Positions 41,562 to 54,300 of a DNA stretch of 64,000 nt are shown one piece after another (position 1 is the stretch's first letter; every line of letters starts with the position of its first letter). Location: NCBI GenBank assembly GCA_965202585.1, contig OZ241834.1:29140001-29204000 (forward strand), given 5' to 3'. The notes under the pieces are model-generated. The model worked only from the letters and a program-made list of their open reading frames with translations, ran no database searches and was not told the DNA's origin. Source of the DNA: Thalia democratica (lineage: Eukaryota). The translations under genes and the position numbers were made by a program.

Positions 41562-41745
41562 AGGGTACAAAATTTAAATTTTTGTTTCAAAGCGAAGCTG
41601 ACACTAACATTATTATCAAATTAACAACAAATATTTTAAATTTACTCTTTCTTAATAAAGTCTCTAGTTTACGAACAAAATAAATATTTCAATGTTATTA
41701 GAGTTTATTTTAAACTTGTTTTGATCGATGATAAACTTTTGAGAA
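41562..41745 (+). pseudogene. Decayed ribozyme 5' half, unit 3
   Basis: agggtacaaaatttaaat..gaagctgacactaac; core deleted. Confidence 0.65.
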
Positions 41746-42149
41746 AAATAAAATTTTAATCACATTCACATTGTTACTTGGATATGTTTGTGTTTAATAT
41801 GTGTTTCTTAATGTTTGTCTATTTGTTTATTTTAGAAATTAGGTTTTTTATAAAACTTTGAAAGCTTATAAAATAAAAGAAACCTAAGAACAGTTGACTA
41901 AAGTTAATTGGTTTGTATTATCATGTCGAAAAATAATTTGTAAAAAATTTATTGTGTCCGTGTGATTAAATTTCATACTTTAGTTACTGGTTGTTTGATT
42001 AATTATTTTAACTGATAATTAATATATTAATGCTCTAATCTTGAATTTAATTAATTTCTCAAAGACTAGCCACTGTCAAACCAACAGTTAGGTTTTTAAA
42101 AATGTTTTAACTTTTAACTAGTTTAATATTATCAAAATAAACTTGATGC

Positions 42150-42599
42150 GGGGTACGAAATTTAAACCTTCGTTGCAATTGGTGCATTTCATGACAAAAA
42201 ATTCTGACTAATTTATCAAAAAGTGTAATAATTTAAAATGTGTCTAGTTTACAATTAATTTATTTTAATATATGAAGAATTGTCATGTTTAATTGCAACA
42301 GAGGTTTAAATTTATTCACACCGCTTCCTCGTTCAGTGTACCCTGGTAACTTTGATGTTATTGTTGCTAGGTAACCCCCAATGTTGTTAAATACTGCCCA
42401 CACTAAGTTCTTATAAAAACTATCTTAAACTTCTTGAATTTGTCTAAAATTAATATTAACTTAAACAGAAGTAAATAAAACGTTTAAAAATGGTTTAAAT
42501 ACAGGTTCATAAAAATTTCTTTGTAAACACCAAATAATTTTCACCCTTAAAACCAGTTACCTAGCAACAAATAAATTTTCAAAGGCTAAAGGTGTGAAT
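42150..42599 (+). ncRNA. HDV-like ribozyme, unit 3
   Basis: Core as unit 2; 15-bp perfect P4 stem UUGUUGCUAGGUAAC/GUUACCUAGCAACAA; C at 42586. Confidence 0.8.
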
Positions 42600-42754
42600 G
42601 TAAATATTGTATATTTATTTGTTACAATTTGAATTAGTACTCATGCCTTACAAAATTGTATATTTGTTTATAAATATATCTGTTGTTTAATTATTAAGTT
42701 TTTTCTATTGTGTTATTGTTTTATTAATAATTATGGTTATTGTGGTTGATATTT

Positions 42755-43050
42755 TATTTTTAATTTATTAGTTTTTGTGTTGAAATTGCTGAGTTTTCCT
42801 GTAAAAAAAGGGTTATCATTCCCTAAAAAAATGTTTATTTTTTGTAAATGTCTTATTTTAAATTTATTAGTTTTTGAGTTGAAATTGCTGAGTTTTCCTG
42901 TAAAAAAAAGGGTTATCATTCCCGAAAAAAATGTTTATTTTTTGTAAATGTCTTATTTTAAATTTATTAGTTTTTGTGTTGAAATTGCTGAGTTTTCCTG
43001 TAAAAAAATAGGGTTATCATTCCCTAAAAAAATGTTTATTTTTTGTAAGT
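42755..43050 (+). repeat. ~97 bp tandem repeat, 3 copies (2 copies at ~33110-33300)
   Basis: Unit contains agggttatcattccct; single related motif in units 1 and 4. Confidence 0.85.
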
Positions 43051-46000
43051 TTTGTAAATATCAATTATTTCACTTGAATTATCTGAGCCTTCAAAGCTAA
43101 CCCCTCAAATTGTAATAATTAAAAAAATTACAAAATTTATTAGTTGTTGTTATTTATTTCGCTCAACAAATGTCATCAACTTGTCTGCGCGACATCCCTT
43201 GCGCACACAATGAATTGTATTATTTTTTTAAATATTTGTTAACATAATTACAGTAGCGTTACTTGTACAGTTGGCATCACCATGAATTGTAGAGAATAAT
43301 TAATTGTACTTTTATCATTTTTATGAATTTTTTTAAGACGCACTTGTGGAAATGTTTGAATAGTGGGTTTAAATTTGCTTCATGTTTGAAAGCAAACCCA
43401 CTTAAATTGTACATAATTTACATTTGTTTTAATTTTGTTGTCTTATATTTTTTAATACTGGAAACAATGCGAAGTTCTTTCTGTTCAAAGGTTTGTAAAT
43501 CCCCTAAGTCAAAGATTTATTTTACTTAAATTGTATATATTGTAATTTTTTTTTTGAAAATCGTTGATGTTTTCTTTACAATATTCTAAAACAAAACACT
43601 TAATTATTACAGACCCTTAAAATTACTAAAATTAAGCCTAGTATGATAATAACTTTGTAAGAAATGAGAAAAATAATTTTAAATATTAACAAATGGTCTA
43701 AAGCTCCATTAATAAAACTCTAGAAACCAACATTTTCAAAAACCTGATGTAAATTTGTACAGAAAATTTTATTAAAATGTCATGGATACAGTTCAACATA
43801 ACAAGAGCAAGATATCGATATCTCTCTTTGTATTTTCAATTAGCGGTTTTTATTTGTTTCGTCCTTGTTTTTCGTTTTCGCCTAAAAAGAACTTTTGTTC
43901 TCTTGAGTTCTTATAAAAATTGCTCTGTTTGTAATATTTGTACAGATATTTGTTTTTTTTACGTTTTGAATATTTATAGTCTATTTGTTTATTCTAATTA
44001 TGGTTATCTAGTGAAAATCGCGAGAAATTGTATATTTGTAAATATTCTTAGTTGTTTTTTTTTTATAATAATTTTAATGTCATGATGATATTCAACATAG
44101 AAAGAGTAGAAAACAACTACATCTTTTCATCTTTTCAACTTGTTTTTTTTGATTTGTGCTCCTTGTTTTTTGTATTCGCCTAAAAAGAACTTTTGTTCGC
44201 TTGAGTTCATAAAACTGCTCTGTTTGTAATATTTGTACAGATATTTAGTTTTTTGTTATTTTTGTTATAAACGTGTTTATTTGTGCATGTTAAGCTGTTG
44301 ACTTGTAAATTTGTACATAAAATATTTAGTTGTTTTTGAAAAACCTGAGAATGCTATCCAACATAGAAGAGTAGAAAGAAAATTTCACTCGACAAATTGT
44401 ATATATGACATATTTTTCTTCCTTTAATTAGTTTATATTGATAAGAATTTTACTTATGTCGTGAATCATGCTCAATTTGAATTTAATGAACTTCGTTTAC
44501 ATTTTGAATTTTTATTGTCTTTTTGTGTTTATTTTAATGATCGTTATCAAGTGAAAAGCGCGAGGAATTGTATATTTGTAAATATTCTTAATTTTGTGTC
44601 TTTATATTTTTAAGTGATTATTTCAAACCGATTCTGATATTAGCAACAAAACTTTCATGACCATGAAAGTTTCATCAAAGTTTTTCATAGCTTATGTAAA
44701 TTTTTGTACAGTTTCTTATTACTTATTTGTCTTAATGATGCACTTTCAATGATGTATTTAAAATTTTTTGAGTCAAATATTTGACATGATGTCTAAAGCC
44801 TGTAGAACATATAGAAAATTGGGAAAGACCACCCGATGTGTAAATAAATTTATGTAACTGCATCATTACCAAACACCTGAAAATTTTCCCGCCCCTGTGT
44901 TTAAACATCAAACCAGTATCAAACAAGGGGATTTTAGAACACAGATGCGCGAGAAACTTTTAGTATTTTAAAGATCATGCTGAGTAAGATGCAAGTTGCT
45001 GAAGGAGCCGCTTGAACCTTGTTCTAAAAGAGGGAAATCCCGGGAAGAGGAAATGCTGACGTGTTCCCAGGTTCAGGGGAGGATCTCTTCATGACAATCT
45101 GTGGAGTGATGCCTCGCAGCAGAGCAGATCCCCCACAAGATCTTCATGATTGCGGCATCACAAGACCCGTCTCTTGTTAGTGGGTACAAAGTACAAAAAA
45201 GTTAGTTGGTGTTATTTAGAAAATCGAATTAATTAAATTTGTTTTGAATGTTTTAACTCTAATTGGTTTTCATGAAATTTTTATTTTAAACTCAATCTGT
45301 TTTATAACTTGAATCTTTGACACAAGTTTCTGTAAATAATACTGTTTTAATAAAAAAGCTTACAACATCAAATTTAATTAAACTGCTAAATTTTATTATT
45401 TAAATTAATGATTAATTTTTTGTTAACAAGTTTTTATTGATTTCTTTACTTGATTATTTATTTAAGAGCCTTAACAAATACTGATTATAAATATACTTTA
45501 ATTCACAGCAGAAACTGCAACCAGCAACGCCGCCAGTAGCAGTGGAAGTAGACATTATGACGTCACAAACGGTACAACGTCACAAATAAGAAGAAATCCG
45601 TGGGAAGTCTTGAAGACTTCAGTTGATGACGTGACTAGATCTAGATGACCTCATAAGATGTTCAGGTTGTGATGAGTTGAGGAGTCACATTAAAAGATTC
45701 GCTTGCTTTCTTACATCGAATCAACATTCAACTAAGTTGGTTAGTTGCTTTGAATTTGATTAAATAACTATTTTTGACTTGATTAGTTTTTACTTTATGA
45801 AATTACTACCAAACATCAGTCTTAAATGATTTAATTATAACTTAACAGTTATCTGCAATCCAGAACATCAGCAGATGTCCAAACAAGAAGTAAGAAGAAA
45901 TCTTTAAACGATAATTGAGAAGCCGCTGATGTAGAGCAGTACAACTCTTCACCCGAACATTGATGTCATCCCAACATTGAGATTAATTTATCAGCAAGCT

Positions 46001-48616
46001 ATTCTTCAGTTCTTTAACAGAATCAGACCTGACGAGATCTTCAAGAAGAAATGAATTCTTGAAATTCTCTGAATCATCAAAGAAAAAAAAAGGCTTCCAA
46101 TTAAGTTGGTTAGTTGATTTTATTTGAATAAATAGATAGATTAAGTTTTTTTTATTTAGTTTGTAAAAATTGCCAGTCCAATGCTATAGTTTTTTTTTTT
46201 GAAATATTTATTTATAACCAATTCGCATTGTTAAATTTTTTTGTTCAAATAATTGAATTTTGTTAGTAATCTGATGAAATCTAAGAAATATTTCGCGTAT
46301 AATTTTTTAATTAGTTAATATCAGAAATTTTTCTAAGGTTTAAATAAAAAAGTAAATTAATTCTATCGAAGTAAAGGTTATAGATATTTCATAAAAAACA
46401 AGTTTTAAGAGTTATTAATAAATTATTCACTTAGCAGGAAACTGCAATCGAGAATTACAGCGGCGAGAAAAAACTCCATTTCGGTGGAGGAAGAGCTGCT
46501 GACAAATCTTCATCGCGATGAAAAACACGTTGAGAGATCAGCGAATGCGTTGTACCGCGCGAGATCTTCAATTGGCCTTTTCTTCGTTCAAAATTAAGCT
46601 TGTGGAAAATAATAACGTGTCTCTTAATCGTGTTCAAACTAACATGAAGAAAGTTTCAACAATCAGCTCGGTTAGTTGCTTCTCAATGGTTTAGTTATTA
46701 TACAATATTCGTTTTATCAGAATGAAATTTAACATTTTGTACTTGGTTAAAACTATAATTGTGTGTTATCCAACCTGCTTATGTTTTTTATATGTATATT
46801 ATTTTTAAACAAAAGTTTTTGTAATCTTTTCATACTGTAAATAGTTTTTTGTAAAAGCAATTTATTTGATAGTTATGTTGAAAGCAAAACCTTAAAAAAT
46901 TAAAGCTGAGAAAAAGCACAGTTTCTGAACTTGAATAAATTTGATATTTCTTTCGTTTGCTATTAAAAATAAGTACATAACTTCTATTGAAATAAAAATA
47001 ATAAATGTTAATAAAAAAAAATTTCCAGATACACTGCAACATAGTCCAAGCCAGGACATTGAACTGATACAATCCCATTTCTGTGTAGATTTGGAGGTGT
47101 GGTCCAAGCCAGGACATGAAATTGAGACAATCCAATTTTTGAGTGGATTCGGAGAAGTGGTCCAAGCCAGGACAAGTTGCAACAAATTAAATATCGAGTT
47201 GACATTATGTTGATTACATTCTATTTTTATTAATAAATTTATGAAATAAATATCAATCGCGTTGTATTATATTAGAGTTAATTTATACCACTATATCAAA
47301 TAGACTAAATAGGAATTTATACTTACAATTTGGACTAGGAAATGTTTTAGGTGTCAAAATGTTAAAAACCGAAAAAAATTAATTAAGATCTTAATCCTTG
47401 GTTAGAAACAATTTCCTAATACCACCAAAAGTTTGAAATTTCTTAACTTTTGGCTTTTTTGCGAACTTGACTTGTTACAGCGTCTCGCACACAATTTTAT
47501 ACTATTTGAAAGAAACTTCAAAGTAAGGCTAATTATAATTTTAGTTAATTTGATTTTCCTTTTCAGTACTTGGAAGTTGTCACTAGAGAAAATTTGATAT
47601 TTTCTGCTTGTCATTATCATAATTTAAAAAAAGTGCCAAGTCTCAAAAGTTCTAGTGTCATTGGTAAAATGCAAGATACTGTGAAAGAACCTTTCACTGT
47701 TTATTTAAAGAGCTTGTGACAAGGCAAACAAAATTTTCAGAGATCGTATAACCATCATTTTCAGTCTCGTGAAAACAGTAAAACAAACAACAGAATATTA
47801 GGTCAAGTTAGTATGAGCAGTTTTATGAGACTTGATGCCTGTGACAAAAAATTATTTTTAAAAATGCCACATAAATCTGGTAGACATTTGTCCTGAACTT
47901 GGTGTGATAGTGAACTTTCGATCAATTAATTTTGTGATTCTCAGTATATATTTTTAATTGTTGCGGCTCCTTGAATCTTCGCGTTTAGGTTTTAGCATGT
48001 CTGAAAGTTATTAAAATAAAAGTACGCAACCTTTTTTTTACTGTTCACTGAAAACTGCTTAAGGTTAAATGTCATTTATGTTTGACACTAAATATCATCC
48101 CATTGGGTTGGAACTGACTTGGCAACCAGTTCTGTAAAAACTTTGCCTCTGCAAGGCCTTAAATTCAGAATCACTAGTGCGGAAATCAAAACAAAAAGTC
48201 TGGACTGTCTGGTTTTTGCAACGTACCTGTTTGTCTTGATACTTCTCTTAAAATACGGACAAGTTTTTTGAATTTAAATCTAGTGTTTTCCCTGAAATAC
48301 TGTTATTAATAAAGCATTTCTTATTTTGTTAGGGTTTTTGGATACCTAAGCTTGAACAGAAGTAAGTATTTTCAGTTTTTTATTATCTTCTCTCAAATCC
48401 GGCTACCTTAATTCAAGTTGTGTTGGTTTGTTTTTTGACCCAAACAATTCCAAAATTTAATACTATAAGTCTTATTGGTGCATTTCTAGATCCGAACAGC
48501 ATTTTATAAGTAATGACCAACGGGCCACACAATGAAAATCAGATAGTATAATCTTTTAATAAAAAAGTTTTAGTCAAATAATTTTATGGCAAGCAGTACT
48601 GTGAACTACCAATTAA

Positions 48617-49563
48617 GGGCATAGGGGGGGGGGTCCGAGTCCAACATTGTTTTTACAACTTTAATAAAACGTATGAACCGTAAGTTTTTCAAGGTCAATT
48701 TTCTCAGAAATTAAAAAAAATCTCTAAAAACCTATCTTCTTCTTCGATTTTTGAGATAGAGACCTCAAATTTTTAGGAAACGTTCCTTTTACAGATTAAA
48801 AGACTCTGAATGTTGGAATTATAAAATGTTATCAAATAAAAATTTTAGATAAAAATAACAAAAAAAAAGATGTTTTTTTTAATAAAACAGGGTTGCCACT
48901 TTACCTGGAAATTGACAATTTAGACAAAATAACCTGGAATTTAAGAAATTTTTAAAAAAACCTTGAAAAACTGGAATTTTTAAGAATTTTAGCATGTTCA
49001 GTAGTAAAACTTCAGTTTGACTCAAAAAATTTATCATATATATGAAAAATTTTTGTCATCACCAAAAATTTTTTTATTAGAAAAACACATTTTAAGTAGC
49101 TTTACATACAATTTAACACAGTTTCTTACCTTAAATTTAACTTTAAACTAAAAATAGATCTAAAAAATGTACTTTTAAAAACCTGGAAGAAAGTTGAGAA
49201 ACCTCGGAAAATTTTGAAAAAATGAGTGGCAATTAGATGGTTTTTTTAATAAAAATTTACTTTTCAAAATTAAAAAAATTCCTGCATTGAATCTTTTTAA
49301 AATTTAATAATACACTTTCTGTGAAAGTTTGAAGAAGATTGCATAAACCATGAAGGAGGAGATAGATTTTTAGTGAAATGGTCTTTTTTTAGCGTTTTTA
49401 GTTTGCGCCTTCCATTAGGAACCTATTTAAGTCACCGAATTTGATTGCTCATATCTGAAAAAATACTTTGTATTTTTTCAAGCAGTTAAAAATGTCTGGT
49501 TGCTCAGATATAACTGTAAAATAAGATAAATTTGTAAAAACCAAGGTGGACCCCCCTATGCCC
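48617..49563. mobile_element. Kolobok-like non-autonomous DNA transposon
   Basis: TIR GGGCATAGGGGGG..GGTCC / GGACCCCCCTATGCCC, perfect TTAA on both sides, purine-purine termini. Confidence 0.8.
48888..49233 (+). mobile_element. hAT-like MITE nested in the Kolobok-like element
   Basis: Left CAGGGTTGCCAC, right GTGGCAA (truncated). Confidence 0.7.
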
Positions 49564-50295
49564 TTAAATAAATACTGGAATTTGACTATTTAGGCAAAAA
49601 GCTTCAATTAAATTAAAAACAACCTACAATTTCTACATATAAAGAAACGGAATTTAGATTAAATACTAAAATCTATCATAAAGTTAAGATATTCTCTGTG
49701 TCATCTAATTTTTTATATTATAAATAACATATAAAACAGGTTTACAGTATCTTTTTAATGTTGTTATACTTATGAGGCCTATAAATTTTTTATCTTCAAT
49801 TTACTTGATACTATTTATGATCTGAAAAACTTTTTTTTAATTCTGCAAGAAATTTACAAAAAACATTTTGCAACCCTGTAAATATACCATTGGTAACATG
49901 TACGCTTATTTTAAACTAACTTGAGTGATTAATGCAAATATATATAAGGACGTGTCCTAAAATGACCAACAACAATGAATTAGTAAATATCAAGTTAAGA
50001 ATCTAGATGCAAACTTTTACAACAGAAACTAATTTTAATGCTTTAAAACACACTTCTTTCTAACTAAAAAGTGCATTGCAGGGCACAGGCTTTTCAGGTT
50101 GATTTGTAAGGAACTTTTTTAGAAGATGCAAAGTTCCTATCAAGTAGCCGTGAATGGGGTCAATCGGCACCAGTAGATCGTCCAAAAACGTGTCGAATTT
50201 TGCACCTGCAACATTTGCGACCCTTCAACTTGTAAAAATCCGCTGCAACGAAGTCTCGGAAATTCTTCTTTCTACTGATTGCATCATCAGGACGT

Positions 50296-50478
50296 CGTTC
50301 CGCTTGAAAACAACACTGTAACCGTTCCGCTTGAAAACAACACTGTAACCGTTCCGCTTGAAAACAACACTGTAACCGTTCCGCTTGAAAACAACACTGT
50401 AACCGTTCCGCTTGAAAACACTGCAACCGTTCCGCTTGAAAACACTGCAACCGTTCCGCTTGAAAGCACCGCAACCGT
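50296..50478 (+). repeat. 27/24-bp minisatellite (cgttccgcttgaaaac[aac]actgYaac, about 7 copies) inside unit-4 exon A
   Basis: Explains the repetitive ORFs at 50160-50498; single copy ccgttccactagaaaacactg in paralogous exons. Confidence 0.92.
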
Positions 50479-50895
50479 TTGAGGACGCCAACTGCCAAAC
50501 TGATACTAAACTAGAGACTCAACACTGAAACTAACTAGTTAGCTGTTCAACAACATATTTAAACTTTAATTTGTTTATTTTACAACACAAAAAACATTAA
50601 TATTAAAAAGAGTTTTACTTATTTAGTTTAATCTTAAGTAATGAATTTGGAATTGGTGTCTTGTTTACTGAACGAAAACTTTTTCTAATTTGAGTTATAA
50701 ACAATTAGTTTCATTATTAAACTTATTGTTCTTAATATATACATTTCAATATTTGGTAACTTGTTTTTTAGAAGTTTATATTTAACCAGAGTTTTATGTC
50801 AGTTAATAAAAAATGTTTTATTAACTCATGTAGGCTCAACCATAGTTTCTTAATTTGAATTTTTTTTTAATTTCTATTAAATCAAGTTCTATTGT

Positions 50896-51346
50896 GGGGC
50901 ACAAAATTTAAATCTTCGTTGCAACTGTTGAAGCTGACACTAAAATTCCTAACAAGTTAACTAAAACGATTTTTTTACTTAAATCACTTACTCCTAATAA
51001 AGTTTGCAATTGGCATATATTAATATTTTTATAATTGTCATGTTTAGTTGCAGCAGAGATTTAAATTTTATAACACCGGCTTCCTCGCAGCGTGTCCTGG
51101 GAAACTTTGATGTTATTGTTGCTAGGTAATTATGTTTAAAGCTGTCCACTTTAAGTTAACCAAAACACTGATATTAAAAGGTTCATTTAAAAAGAATATG
51201 GAGTTATATAAAGCTAAATCAAAAGTTAAACAATAATTTAGAAAAAACAGTTTCATAAAAATTTTATTTTCTCCCATCACCAAACTTTCGGGCACCCTTT
51301 TTAAACCAATTACCTAGCAACATTTCATCATAAGGCTAACGGTGTT
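50896..51346 (+). ncRNA. HDV-like ribozyme, unit 4 (most canonical)
   Basis: P1 GGGGCAC/GUGUCCU, P2 AACACCG/CGGUGUU, P3 GCU/AGC, L3 UCCUCGC, P1.1 CC/GG, J4/2 GCUAA with C at 51336. Confidence 0.9.
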
Positions 51347-54300
51347 TTGTATATATTGTATTTTTTAATATTGTTTTTTTTTAATATTGGTATGTAAAAT
51401 GAGTCCTTTGCCTTACAAAATTGTATATTTGTACATAAATGTTTTTGTTGTTTCATATATTTTTTGCTTATTATGAAATGTTAATATTTTTATTGTTAGT
51501 CAAGTTGTCATGGTTAATAAACGGGTTCTCAGTCCCTGCAAAATTCTGTCGTTGTACATAAAAGTGTGTTTCAATATTTTAATATGGTGATGTTTGTAGT
51601 TATTTATATTATTTGTTGTTGTGCTGAGATTTTAATTTTTTGCTAAAAATGAGCATATCACTTTTAAAAACACAGGGTTATAATTCCCTAAAAAAATTTT
51701 GTAAATATTATTGATATTTTTTTGTGTTGTTTTACTTGAATGTACTAGTTGGTAATCCCTCGAAAATATTTTACAATGTTAAATTCTTTATATTGATTGT
51801 TGTTATATTTCGCTCGACTTATGTCATTAGTCTGTCTGCGCGACATCCCTTGCGCACACAATGAATTGTATTTATTTTTTTTATAATTAATTTATAATCT
51901 TTTTGTAAAGATTTTTATTTGGAGCACTTTTGGAAAATGTTTGAATTGTGGGTTTAAATCTGCTTCATATTCGAAAGCAGACCCATTTTAATTGTACCTT
52001 AATTATTTTGTTTATTTTTTAAAGATTTCATTTGTCGCACTTTTGGAAAATGTTTGAATTTTGGGTTTAAATCTGCTTCATATCTGGAAGCAGACCCATT
52101 TAAATTGTACATTTTGTGTATTTTTTGTTGAGATGTTGTAATAAGGGCGCATGTCTGCAAAAATGTAAATATTTTAGTTGAACCTAATATTATTTCAAAG
52201 CGCTAAGCAATTGTACCTTTGATATTTTAGAATAAAATATCTGTTGAGAATAAATTTTTATGTTATTAAAAATTTTGTACAGAATTTTTTGTGAAACACG
52301 TATACAAAATTCGACTGAAAAGATGAGATTTTAAAAAATCCATCTTTTTAATGTACAGTATTTTGTTTCTATTATAGTTGAATTTAATTTTGTTGTCTTG
52401 TTTTTTGAATGCTGATAAGTATGTGAAGTTCTTTCTGTACAAGGTTTATAGATCCCCTATTTTAATGATTTATACTAAATTGTATATATTATAAATGATT
52501 ATTTTTTTTGAAAAATGTTGATTATTCCCTTACAATATTCTAAAAACAAAAGACCAAATTATTATAACTGCGTTTTATATAATTTCCTGCAAAGAATGGC
52601 AAACGATTTATCAAGTATTTCAAAACACAAACTTGGATATATATGTTATAAAACTTAATTTGTATGTACAATAAAACTGAAGAATCAGTATTTTTCATAA
52701 CGTTGTTGTATATTTGTACAGAAAGTTTTGTTTTCATTTAATATCGTGATACAAATAACCATAAAAAGAGAAGAAAGAAACATCTATTCTTTGTTTATTT
52801 TTCTTTGTATTTGATAATTTTTTTTTGTAAAGAACTTTTTGTTCGCTTATTGGTTCACAAGAAGTTTGTTCTATTTGTAAATTTGTACAGATATTTTTGT
52901 ATTGTTCATATATATTTTTGTATTTTGTAGAAGAAAAAAAAAACCATCTCTTTGTTTTTTTTTTTCTTGTTTTCTTATGACTTCTCTAAACCTACTTGTC
53001 CGCTTATAGATATTGGCTCTTTTGTAATATTTGTACATATTTTATTTTCTCATAAAAAACGTGTTTTTCTGCGCATAAATGCTTTTGAAACCGCGAAAGT
53101 TTTGAAAAAATATAAATTATTTACATGCTGAACTTAAGTTTAAAACCACCTAGAGTTTAAGTTTTGTTGAATTTACACTGAAAATATCTATTTGAATAAT
53201 TAAATTATTTTAAATTTACAAAACGTTTGGAAACTAAAATTTAGAAATGTAGTATCCTATCAAAGTATTATTTTAAAATTACTATCTTTTTAATTCAACG
53301 GGTATTCAATTAGAAATTAAAAACATATTTATCACATTATTAACAGCTTTTATAAAGGGGATTTTCAGTATATTTGTAATTTGTGTGTAAATTTGTAAAT
53401 AACTTTGTTTTATTATTTACGTCTAGAAAAAGTAACAGCCCACCATAAAAGAGTAGAAAAATCAGTTCTCTCTTTGTTGTAAATATTGTGTTTATCTTAG
53501 TTTTTACTATTTTATTTTATCCTGAATTTAATGTACTTGTAGTGAATGCATATTAATTTTGTTTACTTATATTGAGTTTTTATTGTGTTTTTGTTTATTT
53601 TATTAATTGTTATCAAGATGATAATCGTGAGAAATTGTATAAATGTAAATCTATTAAAATAAGTTCTTTACATCCCAGTAAATTGAGCGTTCTTTTGAAA
53701 TTAAGGCAAATAACTGTATATTTGTAAATATAATTAATTATGTGTTTTTATTTCTCCGTGTTTTTATTACAAACCTAGTCCTTGGATTGCAAAAAACTTT
53801 CATAACCATGAAAGTTTCATCAAACTTTTTGATTTTTTTTAAATATTGTACATATTTTTTGATTTGAATGATGCAGTATTTGAACATTTTAACTTCGAGT
53901 TGAATTCTTTAAGTTTTTATGAAACAACTTTGAAAACAAAAAAAAAACTCTTATAACTGCACCATTATTTGATTCGTCACCCTTGAATTTCAAGATCTAG
54001 TTTCAAACAAGGGAATTTCAGAACTCTTCCACAGAAAGTTCAGTATTTCGAAGATCAAATCTATACTGAATGAAGATGCAGCAACTTGCTCAAGGAGCTG
54101 ATCCTCAATGGCCTGTGGGAGAGGAGACACCGACGGAAGTTTCCTCAGAACTCCGGAGAACAGCAAGTTTGTGATAACGTGCCAGAAGTCTGTGGCGTCA
54201 AAAGACTTGTCTCTTAACAGCGGATCAAGCACATGTAAGTTGGTTGTTTTCCTTAAAAAATCAGAAATATAACATTGGTTATTAAATATTGAAAGTGAAG

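Larger units (their letters stand above)
40277..47240 (+). ncRNA. Unit 3 putative exons A'/A, ribozyme, B-F
   Basis: Paralogous islands at ~40277, 40916, 44895, 45509, 45880, 46437, 47028; AATAAA at ~47232. Confidence 0.55.

Noticed and set aside
50160-50498. Repetitive minus-strand ORFs (CFQAERLQ, FKRNGYSV, FSSGTVTV)
   Set aside because: By-products of the 27/24-bp minisatellite
51808-51865. Minus-strand hammerhead-like core (YTRATGA..12 nt..CGAAA beside a hairpin) in all four units, which would suggest a viroid-like ambisense ribozyme pair
   Set aside because: No copy has intact CUGAUGA, stem II would close C-C, and stem III does not pair; the plus-strand hairpin reading fits better
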